From Myxococcota bacterium (lineage in GTDB: Bacteria; Myxococcota_A; UBA9160; UBA6930), in assembly GCA_965223705.1 (NCBI GenBank), contig OZ245015.1:4160001-4224000 (forward strand): a stretch of DNA of 64,000 nucleotides, read 5' to 3'. The number at the start of each line of letters is the position of its first letter. Positions within the stretch are counted from its first letter, which is position 1. The notes under the pieces are model-generated. The model made no database searches and was not told the origin of the DNA. It saw nothing but the letters and a program-made list of their open reading frames with translations. Shown here one piece after another: positions 28,711 to 38,694 of this stretch. A program made the position numbers and the translations under genes.

Positions 28711-29502
28711 GTGTCGGATGTGTTGTACGAGCAGAATGACGGCGTCGCCACGTTGACACTCAATCGCCCGGATCGCCTCAACGCCATGGGAGGCGAGATG
28801 CTTCCGGAGGCCTTGTTGGCGATCGAAGGAGCCGCCGCAGACGACGACGTCAAAGTGTTGGTGATGACGGGAGCCGGTCGGGGCTTTTGCGCCGGCGGCG
28901 ACCTTTCGGAAGGTGCCGGCGGCGGCTTCGGCGGGACGCGCCCGATCGACACCCAGGTGCGCGAGCTCCGCAGTTGGATGCGCACCTCCCAGCTCCTTCA
29001 CGAAATGCCGAAAGTGACCATCGCCGCGATCAACGGCGCGTGCGCCGGCGCCGGCTTCTCGTGGGCGTGCGCGTGCGATCTCCGGTTCGCCGCAGAAGGT
29101 GCGAAATTCTCGACGGCGTTCCTCAACGCGGGATTGACCGGAGACTTCGGCGGCACCTGGACGCTTCCCCGCCTCGTCGGACCGGCGAAGGCGCGGGAGC
29201 TGTATTTGCTGTCGGAACCCTTCCCAGCGGACGAGGCTCACCGAATCGGCCTGGTCTCAGAAGTGCTGCCCAAAGAGAAGCTGATGGACCGGGTCCACGA
29301 AGTCGCCGCCCGCTTGGCGGCCCGCGCGCCGATCGCCGTGCGGGGGATCAAGGAAAACCTGAACGACTCGTTGCGGTTGTCCTTCAGCGAGGCCCTCGAT
29401 CGAGAAGCGGAGCGCCACCAACGGGCGTGTCAGACCGAAGACGCCGCCGAAGCCGCCAAGGCGTTCATCGAGAAGCGCGAGCCTCGCTTCATCGGCCGCT
29501 AG
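28711..29502 (+). CDS. Enoyl-CoA hydratase/isomerase
   Basis: LNRPDRLNA, GFCAGGDL, AINGACAGAG, GLTGDFGG. Confidence 0.93.
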   Translation: MSDVLYEQNDGVATLTLNRPDRLNAMGGEMLPEALLAIEGAAADDDVKVLVMTGAGRGFCAGGDLSEGAGGGFGGTRPIDTQVRELRSWMRTSQLLHEMPKVTIAAINGACAGAGFSWACACDLRFAAEGAKFSTAFLNAGLTGDFGGTWTLPRLVGPAKARELYLLSEPFPADEAHRIGLVSEVLPKEKLMDRVHEVAARLAARAPIAVRGIKENLNDSLRLSFSEALDREAERHQRACQTEDAAEAAKAFIEKREPRFIGR

Positions 29503-31023
29503 CTAGCGCGAGGAATAGAAGACGACGCGCGCACCGTCGCGTGCCTCCTGCCTGCGCATCATGACGCTGCCGTCGGGAAGACGCGCGATAAAGCGCTGAG
29601 AGCCCGGTGGGATCGGGAGCGGTCCCGAGAACGGCGCGGGCCCGAACAAGCGCCCTGCGACCTCGACCAACGTCCCATCGGGCGCCTCGACGGACACCCT
29701 TGCGGGCGGAGTTTCGCGGACCGAGCGGTCCGGTTCGGAGACCGGCGCGATCGCCGCGGGTGCCTCGATCCCGTCCTCCGCGTCAGCACGTTGTCGTTGT
29801 TGCGAATCTTCGAGCCCGGGCGGCGGCGGGCTCGAGACAGGCGGCAGTGTGGCGGAAGGCTCCTCAACCGGGGCTTCTGCAACGCGGAGATCTTCCGTGA
29901 TCGCGGGCTGTTCCAGGGCCTGACCGTCGGGCTCCGCCGCCGCCCCACGGGCGGCGGGCGCAGGCGTGGGGCGAAACGAGACGGAAGGTGGCGCGAGATC
30001 GGTTTCGTGAACGAGAGACGCGATTTCCGTCTCTGAAGGTGCCGGCGAAGCCGTCGGCGTGGCCATACGCTGGAAAAAAAACGGGTCCGCCAACCCCACC
30101 AGACCGATCGCAATCAGTGTTCCCGAGGCCGCCCCCAAACCGAAGCGCCAGAAGTTCCGATCCGTGGCAGCCGTAGCGAGCCCGGGCGGCGGCGCCCACG
30201 GTGGCCGCGTCGCACTCGGACGCCGCGGCGGCGTCTTGCGCTGTGGGGCCGTTCGCTTCGGAGCACGCGCCGCGAGGCGCGGCTCAGAGGGCGGCGCCTC
30301 CTTGGGCGTTGCGCCTCGCAGCAACAAGTCGGACGCCGCGAAGTCGACGGCCCCGGGGCAGCCGTCGCTCTCCGCCCAAATCGCGTGAACGCGATCGGCC
30401 GAAAACACGTCCCGCCGCGTTGCGTCGAGGCGCCGAAGCTTCGCATCGACGTACGCGACACACTCGCTCGCGGCGAGCGGCGCGGTGTAGTTGACGCTTT
30501 CGACGGCCGAATGGGCGGACAGGCGCGACGACGCCTCGCACGGAACGGCGGCGAACGCGAACCGGAGCCGGCCCTCGCTCGCGTCGGCGAACTCGAACAA
30601 CTGGCGGGTCGTTTCCGCAGGCAGAGAATCGGCTTCGTCGATGAGTAGGATCAAGCCGCGAACGGAACGATCGCTCGACGCCTCCGCCAGCAGGGCCCCT
30701 TCCGGATCCGGCTCATCATCGATTCCCAGGGAAAGCAGTGCCCAACGACAGAGTTCGTCCGCGGTGAGCATCGGATACGGCAGGTAGACCGGCGCCCAGC
30801 TCGCTGCCAGCCGACAGGCGAGCACATGGAGCATCAGCGTCTTTCCATAACCCGGCGGTGCCACCAGGAACGGGTGCCGATCGTCCTCACCGTCGATTGC
30901 GCTTTGCATCGCGTCGAGGGCTTCTTCGGCGGCGGGCCGTGCCACGTAGAGGGACGGGTCGGCAGAGTTCAGGAACGGATCCCGCCGGACCGGAGCCCCC
31001 TCGCGAATCACGCCACCCGCCAT
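29503..31023 (-). CDS. ExeA-like AAA ATPase with TM segment and Pro/Ala-rich periplasmic region
   Basis: RDPF...Y N-terminus, APPGYGKT Walker A, LLIDEAD Walker B, SDGCP, TM helix. Confidence 0.72.
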   Translation of the reverse strand: MAGGVIREGAPVRRDPFLNSADPSLYVARPAAEEALDAMQSAIDGEDDRHPFLVAPPGYGKTLMLHVLACRLAASWAPVYLPYPMLTADELCRWALLSLGIDDEPDPEGALLAEASSDRSVRGLILLIDEADSLPAETTRQLFEFADASEGRLRFAFAAVPCEASSRLSAHSAVESVNYTAPLAASECVAYVDAKLRRLDATRRDVFSADRVHAIWAESDGCPGAVDFAASDLLLRGATPKEAPPSEPRLAARAPKRTAPQRKTPPRRPSATRPPWAPPPGLATAATDRNFWRFGLGAASGTLIAIGLVGLADPFFFQRMATPTASPAPSETEIASLVHETDLAPPSVSFRPTPAPAARGAAAEPDGQALEQPAITEDLRVAEAPVEEPSATLPPVSSPPPPGLEDSQQRQRADAEDGIEAPAAIAPVSEPDRSVRETPPARVSVEAPDGTLVEVAGRLFGPAPFSGPLPIPPGSQRFIARLPDGSVMMRRQEARDGARVVFYSSR

Positions 31024-31031
31024 GCGTGCGG

Positions 31032-31640
31032 CTAAGCCTTGGCGCTCGGGCGAGCGGACACGGTTTCGTGCCAGCGGGCGAGGTGTTTCTGCTCGGGAGC
31101 GACGCCGATCTTGCTGACGCGACCGAAGTCAATTCCGCACAGGGCCGTGACATCGGCGATCGTGTACCGGTCGCCCGCGATGAACTCGCGACCCGAGAGC
31201 TCGCTGTCGAGCCATGCGAGCCTTTTCTCGGCCTGGCGGCGGCAGGCTGCGCCGTAATCGGGCACCTGTTCGATCCGGCCCTTGAAGAACTCGTGGCTGT
31301 TCCGAAAGACCTGGGCGATGGGGAGGAGCACCTCGAATTCCATCCGGCGCTGCCACATTTCGACCCGGGCTTTGTCCTCGGCGCCCACTCCCATGAGCGG
31401 CGGCTCGGGCTCCAACTCTTCGAAATAGCGACAGATCGCGACGCTCTCCGCGATGAAGCTCCCATCGTCGAGCTCGAGAACCGGCACCGTTCCCATCGGA
31501 TTCTTTGCGGTGAACGCGGGCTCGCGGTTGGCCGCCTTGGCGATGTCGACCGGCTCGAGCGGTACCTCGATGCCTTTCTCCGCCAGGAATATCCGCACGC
31601 GCCGACAGTTCGGCGCCATCGTGCTTTCGTGAAGCTTCAT
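31032..31640 (-). CDS. Glutathione S-transferase
   Basis: APNCRRVRIFLAEKG, NPMGTVPVL, ESVAICRY, YTIADV. Confidence 0.94.
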   Translation of the reverse strand: MKLHESTMAPNCRRVRIFLAEKGIEVPLEPVDIAKAANREPAFTAKNPMGTVPVLELDDGSFIAESVAICRYFEELEPEPPLMGVGAEDKARVEMWQRRMEFEVLLPIAQVFRNSHEFFKGRIEQVPDYGAACRRQAEKRLAWLDSELSGREFIAGDRYTIADVTALCGIDFGRVSKIGVAPEQKHLARWHETVSARPSAKA

Positions 31641-31709
31641 CGTCCCTCCCCGACCGGGAGGAGTGTAGGGGCTTCGCGCGGGCTCGCGAGGGTGTCTCCC
31701 CGCAGGCGA

Positions 31710-32039
31710 TTACTGCAGGAAGGGCAGGACCTTGAGCGCACCTCGGCCGGCGAGATCGAGAGCCTCCCCGAACCGTTCCCCGAGGGTCGGTGCGGGCACA
31801 TGCTCCGGGCAGCGAGCACGGAGCCGGTGGTGAAGACGCCGCAGCTGAGCTTTCGTGGCCTCTTCCCAGAGCTCGTTTCCGCGGCTCTCGGCGCGCGCGA
31901 GGTCGCCCTGGTAGCGCGCGATCTGGCGGGTCAACCGGTGGCACTCGCCGCGCGGAGGCTCGTCCCCTGCCGCGGCGGCCGCGGCGAAGAAACCCGCGAT
32001 GAGCAGGACAATCGAACATGTTGCGCCGAAGTTGCGCAT
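31710..32039 (-). CDS. Small secreted hypothetical protein
   Basis: Signal peptide, helical body with two Cys; GGAGG RBS. Confidence 0.6.
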   Translation of the reverse strand: MRNFGATCSIVLLIAGFFAAAAAAGDEPPRGECHRLTRQIARYQGDLARAESRGNELWEEATKAQLRRLHHRLRARCPEHVPAPTLGERFGEALDLAGRGALKVLPFLQ

Positions 32040-32106
32040 CGGAGACCTCCCCACCGGAGCCGGGTGATGCCTGTGTATCGGCGCGACGCGGAAGTCAGTG
32101 AAGCCG

Positions 32107-32961
32107 CTAGCTCTCGAAAGGCGGCTCCTGCCACCAGGGGTAGAACGAGGGCAGGTCCCGGCTCACGCGGGACGGAAACGCCGGAGGCCGTTTTTCGAGG
32201 AAGCTCGTCACGCCCTCTCGGGCGTCTGCGCCGCGTCCGAGCTCGTAGATGGCCTTCGAATCGACGCGGTGGGCGTCCATGGGATGATCTTCGCCGAGCA
32301 TCTTCCAGAGCATTTGCCGCGCGACGCACACGGAGACGGCGCTCGTGTTTCCCGCGCAGGAGGCAGCGAGTCGGCGCGCTGTCGGGAGCAACGCGTCGGG
32401 CGCAACCACGCGAGAGACGAGGCCGCCGCGAAGCGCATCCTCCGCCGGGAACACCTCCCCGGTCATTACCCATTCCATCGCTTGGCTGATTCCGACGACA
32501 CGCGGAAGAAACCACGAACTGCAGGCCTCGGGCACCAGTCCGCGGCGCGCGAAGACAAAGCCGAACCGCGCCGCGTCGGAAGCGATCCGAACGTCCATCG
32601 GCAGCGTCATCGTGACGCCGACCCCGACGGCCGGACCGTTGATCGCCGCGATGAGCGGCTTCTTCGCGTTGAAGAGGCGCAGCGTGAGAATGCCGCCGCC
32701 GTCGCGATGCTCTTCCAAACGCGTCGTCTTCGACGAATTGAAGGTTTCGCCGCCCTTCCCGAGATCGGCCCCGGCGCAAAAGCCGCGCCCCGCGCCGGTG
32801 AAGATCGCCACGCGAACTTCGTCATCTTCGTCGATGCGATCGATCACATCGAGAAGTTCGTCGAGCATCTGCCCGTTGAAGGCGTTCAGCCGGTCGGGAC
32901 GGGAGAGTGTCACGGTGAGAATATTGTCTTCGCATTGAACGTCGAGTGTTTCGTAACCCAT
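32107..32961 (-). CDS. Crotonase/enoyl-CoA hydratase
   Basis: RPDRLNAF, FCAGADL, AINGPAVGVG, GLVPEACSSWFLPR. Confidence 0.94.
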   Translation of the reverse strand: MGYETLDVQCEDNILTVTLSRPDRLNAFNGQMLDELLDVIDRIDEDDEVRVAIFTGAGRGFCAGADLGKGGETFNSSKTTRLEEHRDGGGILTLRLFNAKKPLIAAINGPAVGVGVTMTLPMDVRIASDAARFGFVFARRGLVPEACSSWFLPRVVGISQAMEWVMTGEVFPAEDALRGGLVSRVVAPDALLPTARRLAASCAGNTSAVSVCVARQMLWKMLGEDHPMDAHRVDSKAIYELGRGADAREGVTSFLEKRPPAFPSRVSRDLPSFYPWWQEPPFES

Positions 32962-33052
32962 GGAGCTCCTTCGCAAATCGAGAACGTAACCCGATCGCCT
33001 TTCGCAATGTCGCGGAAGTCGGCGTACACTGTGCCGCCTTTTGGGGAGCTCG

Positions 33053-34021
33053 ATGAACAGCGCACCTGATCTCGGCGCGACGCAGAGGCACGATCCCGGC
33101 CGCGACGCGTTCCTTGCCGACGCGACCGAAGGACTGACAGCGAACCCTAAGACCCTGCCATGTAAGTACTTTTACGACGAGGAGGGCTCGCGCCTCTTCG
33201 ACGAGATCTGCGAGCTCGACGCGTACTATCCGACGCGTACCGAGCTCCGCATCATGCGCGACGCGGCCGCCGAAATCGCGCAGGAACTCGGCGAATCGGT
33301 GCGACTGGTCGAGTACGGAAGCGGCAGCAGCATCAAAACGCGCATCCTCCTCGATCACTTGCGCGACCCGGCCGCCTACGTCCCGGTCGATATTTCCGCA
33401 GAGCACTTGACCCGGTCGGCGGCGGAACTGTCTCGCCTCTATCCCGGGCTGCGTGTCCTCCCGGTATGCGCCGATTTCACGCGACCGTTCCCGCTTCCCG
33501 AAGTGCCCGGGACCCGGCGAACCGTCGTTTATTTTCCCGGCTCGACCATCGGAAATTTTTCCCCGGTGGAGGCGGGGAAATTTCTCCGAGGCATCGCGGA
33601 CCTGTGCGGTACAGGAGGCGGACTCCTCATCGGCGTCGATCTCGTCAAGGACCGCACGATTCTCGAGCGCGCGTACAACGACGAAGAAGGCGTCACCGCC
33701 GCGTTCAACCTCAACCTTCTCGAGCGCATGAATCGAGAGCTGGGCTCGGATTTCTCCCTGCCCGATTTCCTTCACGTCGCGCGTTGGAACGCGGACGAGA
33801 GTCGGATCGAAATGCATCTCACGAGCGAGCGTGACCAGCAAGTCACTCTGGGAAATCACGCCATCTCGTTCGCGAAGGGCGAGACAATTCACACCGAGTC
33901 TTCCTACAAATACCGCGTGGAGGATTTCGAAGCGCTCGCTGCGAACGCGGGCTTCCGTCCCGCGAAGCTCTGGACCGACGAACGCGACTGGTTCAGCGTC
34001 CAGCTCTTCACCGTCGCCTGA
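33053..34021 (+). CDS. egtD: L-histidine N-alpha-trimethyltransferase
   Basis: KTLPCKYFYD, YYPTRTE, EYGSGSSIKT, GSTIGNF, AYND..GVTAAFNLN, HTESSYKY. Confidence 0.95.
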   Translation: MNSAPDLGATQRHDPGRDAFLADATEGLTANPKTLPCKYFYDEEGSRLFDEICELDAYYPTRTELRIMRDAAAEIAQELGESVRLVEYGSGSSIKTRILLDHLRDPAAYVPVDISAEHLTRSAAELSRLYPGLRVLPVCADFTRPFPLPEVPGTRRTVVYFPGSTIGNFSPVEAGKFLRGIADLCGTGGGLLIGVDLVKDRTILERAYNDEEGVTAAFNLNLLERMNRELGSDFSLPDFLHVARWNADESRIEMHLTSERDQQVTLGNHAISFAKGETIHTESSYKYRVEDFEALAANAGFRPAKLWTDERDWFSVQLFTVA

Positions 34022-34027
34022 GCGACC

Positions 34028-34501
34028 GTGCGCGTTCTCTACTTCGCGTACGGATCAAACATGAAGACCGAGCGCATTGCCGACCGCGTCCCGTCGGTGA
34101 CCCCGCTCGGCTGCGCACAGCTCGATCACTACCGCCTTGTGATGAACAAGCGCGGGAGAGACGGCTCGGCCAAAGCCAACATCGAAGTGGCTCGCGATGA
34201 AGCGGTATTCGGCGTGGTGTTTGCCCTGGATACCGACGATTGGACCACCCTCGACGCATTCGAACGCGGCTACACACGACGCGAGATCGAGGTCACGGTG
34301 GCGGAGGATCGGCGCGTCGTCACGACCTATTGCTGCGAAGATCCGACGTTCCTGACCCGCGAGCCGATCGCCTACGACTGGTACGTCGAACTCATGCGAG
34401 ACGGTGCGAAGCAACACGGCCTGCCCGCGTGGTATCGGGAGCGCCTCGCCGGGTTGCCATCACAACCCGATCCCGACGACCGTGTCGAAAAGCGACGCTG
34501 A
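34028..34501 (+). CDS. Gamma-glutamylcyclotransferase family protein
   Basis: YFAYGSNM, ANI, LDAFE catalytic Glu, GAKQHGLP. Confidence 0.9.
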   Translation: MRVLYFAYGSNMKTERIADRVPSVTPLGCAQLDHYRLVMNKRGRDGSAKANIEVARDEAVFGVVFALDTDDWTTLDAFERGYTRREIEVTVAEDRRVVTTYCCEDPTFLTREPIAYDWYVELMRDGAKQHGLPAWYRERLAGLPSQPDPDDRVEKRR

Positions 34502-34504
34502 CGC

Positions 34505-35089
34505 TCAGTGAGCCAGGTTGGCGCCGAACTCGGGCATCGCCCCTGCGTGGGCCGTCTCGGTCCATCGTGCGAGGCGGCCATTGTCCATTTCCCAGAACTG
34601 GCCGCAGGCGTCGAGGTATTCGATCACGGCATCGACCTCTCCCTGTTCGAGGAGGGCCTCGGCCAGGAACATCGTCGGCCCGAACGTATCGAGCTGGGGG
34701 GAGCCGGGGCTCTTGCCGGCGGCGATCAGTTCTTCGCGCGCGCGTCCGACGTCGCCCCGTTCGAGAGCCACCCAACCCCGCACGACGTGGCCGTCGTGAA
34801 CGGCGTTGCCGTAGTTCCAGTTGTTCGGAAACTCGGGCGCCAGAGCGAGCAGTTCGTCCGATAGTGCTTCCGCCTCGCGAGTGTTCCCGGAACGAGCCGC
34901 GTGTTTTGCGAGCTCCGGCAGTGCGTAGAATCGCTCCAGCGTCTTCGAAGTGAAGATCGAATCGGGATTCCAACTGTTCGGGCCGGCCGCCCACCAGAAG
35001 TTCGCAGCCAGCGCCGCCGCCGCGACGACGGCGACCGCCCCGGCGCCGCACAGGAGGCGTCGCAGCAGTTTCGCGACCGGGATGGCCAT
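34505..35089 (-). CDS. Membrane-anchored TPR-like hypothetical protein
   Basis: N-terminal hydrophobic helix, helical repeats, WNYGN...GSPQLDTFGP. Confidence 0.7.
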   Translation of the reverse strand: MAIPVAKLLRRLLCGAGAVAVVAAAALAANFWWAAGPNSWNPDSIFTSKTLERFYALPELAKHAARSGNTREAEALSDELLALAPEFPNNWNYGNAVHDGHVVRGWVALERGDVGRAREELIAAGKSPGSPQLDTFGPTMFLAEALLEQGEVDAVIEYLDACGQFWEMDNGRLARWTETAHAGAMPEFGANLAH

Positions 35090-35144
35090 AGGGCGTGGAT
35101 CGGCGTCCCCGCCGACGGGCTTGACCTGCAGACCGAGGCAGGTC

Positions 35145-37040
35145 CTAGCCGTCGGCGAGGCCCAGCGACTTGAGGCTGATGCGAATTTCGTCGAGGATCG
35201 CGGGATCGTCGATGGTCGCCGGCATCTTGAACGGCTCGCTGTCGGCAATTCGCCGCATCGTTCCGCGCAAGATTTTCCCCGATCGGGTCTTGGGCAAGCG
35301 CTCGACGACGCACGCGGTCTTGAACGCGGCGACCGGGCCGATGGTTGTCCGAACCATCGAAACGAGCTCGTTGACCACATCCTCGTGGCTGCGATCGACG
35401 CCGGCCTTCAGAACGACGAAGCCGACGGGCACCTGGCCTTTCAGGGAATCGGCCACGCCGATGACAGCGCACTCCGCTACGTCGGGATGGCCGGCGAGAA
35501 CCTCTTCCATTCCCCCGGTCGAGAGACGATGTCCGGCGACATTGATGATGTCGTCCGTGCGACTCATGATCCAGACGTAACCGTCCTCGTCGATGTGGCC
35601 CGCGTCCGCAGTTTCGTAGTAACCGGGGAAACGCTCGAGATACGATCGTTTGAAGCCTTCGTCGTTGTTCCAGAGCGTGGGCAAGCACCCGGGCGGAAGC
35701 GGCAGCCGGACCACGATCGCTCCGGTTTCGCCGGCCGGCACTTCTGCCCCGCCCTCGTCGAGCACGCGCACGTCGTACCCTGGAACGGGTCGTGTCGGGG
35801 AGCCGTGCTTCACGGGGAGTGGCTCGATGCCCATGCAGTTCGCCACGATGGGCCAGCCGGTTTCCGTCTGCCACCAATGATCGATGACCGGGACTCCGAG
35901 AGCGTTCTCCGCCCACTGGACCGTGTCGGGATCGGCCCGTTCGCCCGCGAGAAACAGCGTACGCAGGCACGACAGATCGTAGTTCTCGATGTGGGTCGCG
36001 CGCGGGTCCTCGCGCTTGATCGCGCGGAAGGCCGTGGGCGCGGTGAACAACGCGTTGACCTTGTGTTCGGAAATGACACGCCAGAAGGCTCCGGCGTCCG
36101 GCGTTCCGACGGGCTTGCCCTCGTAGAGAATCGTGGTGCAACCGAGAAACAACGGGGCGTACACGATGTAGGAGTGACCGACGACCCAGCCGATGTCGGA
36201 GGCCGCCCAGAACACGTCACCGGGTGACATGCCGTAGATGTGCGAAAGGCTCAAGCGGAGCGCCACGGCGTGCCCGCCGTTGTCGCGCACGACTCCTTTC
36301 GGAACGCCCGTCGTGCCGGACGTGTAGAGAACGTAGAGCGGATCCGTCGCGGCGACCGGTGTGCACGGCACCTCTTCGGCCTCTTCGAGGGTTGCGAAAG
36401 CAACGTCGTCACCACCGAGGGTGACGGATTGCTCGGGGCGCTCGTGCCAAACGCAAAACGCCGGCTTGTGCTGCGCCAACTCGACGGCTCCGCGCAGCAG
36501 TGGCTCGTAGGGGATGACCCGATCGACTTCGATTCCGCACGACGCGGTGATCATGGCGACCGGTTTCGCGTCGTCGATGCGGGTCGCGAGCTCGTTCGAC
36601 GCGAAGCCGCCGAAGACGACGGAATGCACGGCGCCGAGGCGCGCACACGCGAGCATGGCGATCGCAGCTTCGGGAACCATGGGCATGTAGATCAGCACGC
36701 GGTCCCCTTTCGACACACCGCGCGCTGCCAGTCCGCCGGCGAACCGAGCGACGCGCGCGAGCAACGTCGCGTAGGTGATGACCTGCTGCGTGCCCGTGAC
36801 CGGGCTGTCGTAAATGAGCGCCGCCTGCTCGCCCCGGCCTTCCGCGACGTGCCGATCGAGCGCGTTCGCACACGTGTTGAGCTGACCGTCCGGAAACCAG
36901 CGGTAGAGGGGTGCCGCGCTGTCGTCGAGAATGCGCGTCGGTGCGCGCTCCCAGCGAATGTCGCGCGCGGCTTCCGCCCAATACCCTTCGGGATCTTCCT
37001 GGGCTCTCGCGTACAGATCGGTGTAACGGGTCTCTGCCAT
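35145..37040 (-). CDS. prpE: Propionyl-CoA synthetase
   Basis: LYTSGTTGVPKGVVRDNGGH, DHWWQTETG, RTDDIINVAGHRLS, LPKTRSGK. Confidence 0.92.
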   Translation of the reverse strand: MAETRYTDLYARAQEDPEGYWAEAARDIRWERAPTRILDDSAAPLYRWFPDGQLNTCANALDRHVAEGRGEQAALIYDSPVTGTQQVITYATLLARVARFAGGLAARGVSKGDRVLIYMPMVPEAAIAMLACARLGAVHSVVFGGFASNELATRIDDAKPVAMITASCGIEVDRVIPYEPLLRGAVELAQHKPAFCVWHERPEQSVTLGGDDVAFATLEEAEEVPCTPVAATDPLYVLYTSGTTGVPKGVVRDNGGHAVALRLSLSHIYGMSPGDVFWAASDIGWVVGHSYIVYAPLFLGCTTILYEGKPVGTPDAGAFWRVISEHKVNALFTAPTAFRAIKREDPRATHIENYDLSCLRTLFLAGERADPDTVQWAENALGVPVIDHWWQTETGWPIVANCMGIEPLPVKHGSPTRPVPGYDVRVLDEGGAEVPAGETGAIVVRLPLPPGCLPTLWNNDEGFKRSYLERFPGYYETADAGHIDEDGYVWIMSRTDDIINVAGHRLSTGGMEEVLAGHPDVAECAVIGVADSLKGQVPVGFVVLKAGVDRSHEDVVNELVSMVRTTIGPVAAFKTACVVERLPKTRSGKILRGTMRRIADSEPFKMPATIDDPAILDEIRISLKSLGLADG

Positions 37041-37109
37041 GGGTGCTCTCTCCTGGGCTCGGTACAATAGCTCGCCACCCGCGAACCCCTGCGAACATCC
37101 GAGGCGCCT

Positions 37110-38693
37110 TTGTCAGCGGACGACCACGCCGATCGAAACGGGCCCTGGGCCGACGAGCTCGGCGGAATCGCCGCCCGCCGCCAGCGCGCGGGTGAGCTCG
37201 GCGGTCGGGAAGCCGTCGAAGCGCGCCGCGTGAAGGGTCGACTCACCGTCCGAGATCGAATCGAAGAGATGGTCGATCCCGGCTCTTTCCACGAGCAGGG
37301 GCCGATTGCCGGCCACGGCGAAACCGATGCCGAGGGTCGACTCACGGATTTCGCGCCCGCGAACTACGTCCTCGGTCTGGCCAAGCTCGACGGACGGCCC
37401 TGCGTCGTCGGCGGCGAAGATTTCACACAACGCGGGGGCTCGCCGTCTCCCGCGGGCCTTCGCAAGAGTGTCTACGCGGAGAGCCTCGCCGTCCGGATGC
37501 GCGTACCCTTGATCCGCTTTCTCGAGGGCGGCGGAGGAAGTGTCTCCGGGCCCGCGGGCAAGGGGCGACCCGCGGGCGACCCCGTCTTCACCACGCCGCG
37601 GTTTCGGTCCATCGGGCAGATCCTCGGCATCGCGCCGGTTGCCTCGGCCGCATTGGGAGCCGTCGCCGGTTTCCCCGCGGCGCGGCTCGTCGCTTCTCAT
37701 TTCTCGGTCATGACGCGAGAGAACTCGCAGGTCATGATCGGCGGCCCGGCGTTGGTTGCACGCGCGCTCGGCGAGAGCTTGACCAAGGACGAGCTCGGCG
37801 GTGCGAAAGTCCACGCGAGAAGTGGCGTCGTCGACAACATCGCGGAGGACGAACACGACGCGTTCGCGCAGATGCGCCGCTTTCTCTCCTACATGCCGAC
37901 GAACGTTTCGGAGCTTCCACCGGTGGTGCCGTGCGAAGACGACACGGAGCGCACCATTCCAGAGCTGCGCGCGCTGGTTCCTCGGGATCGGCGCAAGGTC
38001 TACGACACCCGCCGCTTGCTTCGTTCGGTCCTCGACCGCGATACGGTGTTCGAACTCACGCCGCACTTCGGGCGTTCCCAGGTAACCGCGTTGGCGCGCC
38101 TCGGCGGCCGCGCGGTGGGCGTACTCGCGAACGACTGTCGCTTCTACGCCGGTGCGATGACCGCCGACGGCGCGCAGAAAGTGCGCCGCTTCGTCGATCT
38201 GTGCGACACCTTTCATCTACCCATCGTGAGCTTCGTCGACGAACCGGGCTTCATGATCGGGCCGGATTCCGAGCGCGATGCGACCATCCGCCACGGCGCG
38301 GCCGCCCTGTTCGCTGTTCAGCAATCGCGCGTCCCGTGGATCAGCGTCGTCGTCCGGAAGTCCTACGGCGTCGCAGCGGCGGCCCACTACGGACCGGACG
38401 GGATCGTCCTGGCGTGGCCGTCCGCCGAATCGGGCGCCCTCCCCCTGGAAGGCGGTATCGCGGTGGCCTATCGGCGCGAGATTGCGGACGCCGACGATCC
38501 CGCCGCGAAACGCGCCGAGCTGGAAGAGAGCTGGGCGTCCAAGCGCTCGCCCTTTCCGCGCGCCGAAGCGTTCGCCGTGCACGACCTGATCGATCCCGCC
38601 GACACGCGCCGCGAGTTGTGTCGCTGGATCGATTGGCACGCGCCTCTCCTGAACGAGCTCCTGGGACCCGCCAGCTACACCTATCGCCCTTGA
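37110..38693 (+). CDS. Acyl-CoA carboxylase, carboxyltransferase subunit
   Basis: GRLTVRDRI, EDFTQRGGS, GGPALV, ELGGAKVH, FVDEPGFMIG. Confidence 0.92.
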   Translation: MSADDHADRNGPWADELGGIAARRQRAGELGGREAVEARRVKGRLTVRDRIEEMVDPGSFHEQGPIAGHGETDAEGRLTDFAPANYVLGLAKLDGRPCVVGGEDFTQRGGSPSPAGLRKSVYAESLAVRMRVPLIRFLEGGGGSVSGPAGKGRPAGDPVFTTPRFRSIGQILGIAPVASAALGAVAGFPAARLVASHFSVMTRENSQVMIGGPALVARALGESLTKDELGGAKVHARSGVVDNIAEDEHDAFAQMRRFLSYMPTNVSELPPVVPCEDDTERTIPELRALVPRDRRKVYDTRRLLRSVLDRDTVFELTPHFGRSQVTALARLGGRAVGVLANDCRFYAGAMTADGAQKVRRFVDLCDTFHLPIVSFVDEPGFMIGPDSERDATIRHGAAALFAVQQSRVPWISVVVRKSYGVAAAAHYGPDGIVLAWPSAESGALPLEGGIAVAYRREIADADDPAAKRAELEESWASKRSPFPRAEAFAVHDLIDPADTRRELCRWIDWHAPLLNELLGPASYTYRP

Positions 38694-38694
38694 C

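Noticed and set aside
30858..32489. Long Arg/Pro-rich alternative ORFs (also 50222-51928, 6522-8225, 34726-36141)
   Set aside because: High-GC shadow frames overlapping well-supported genes, with no recognisable motifs
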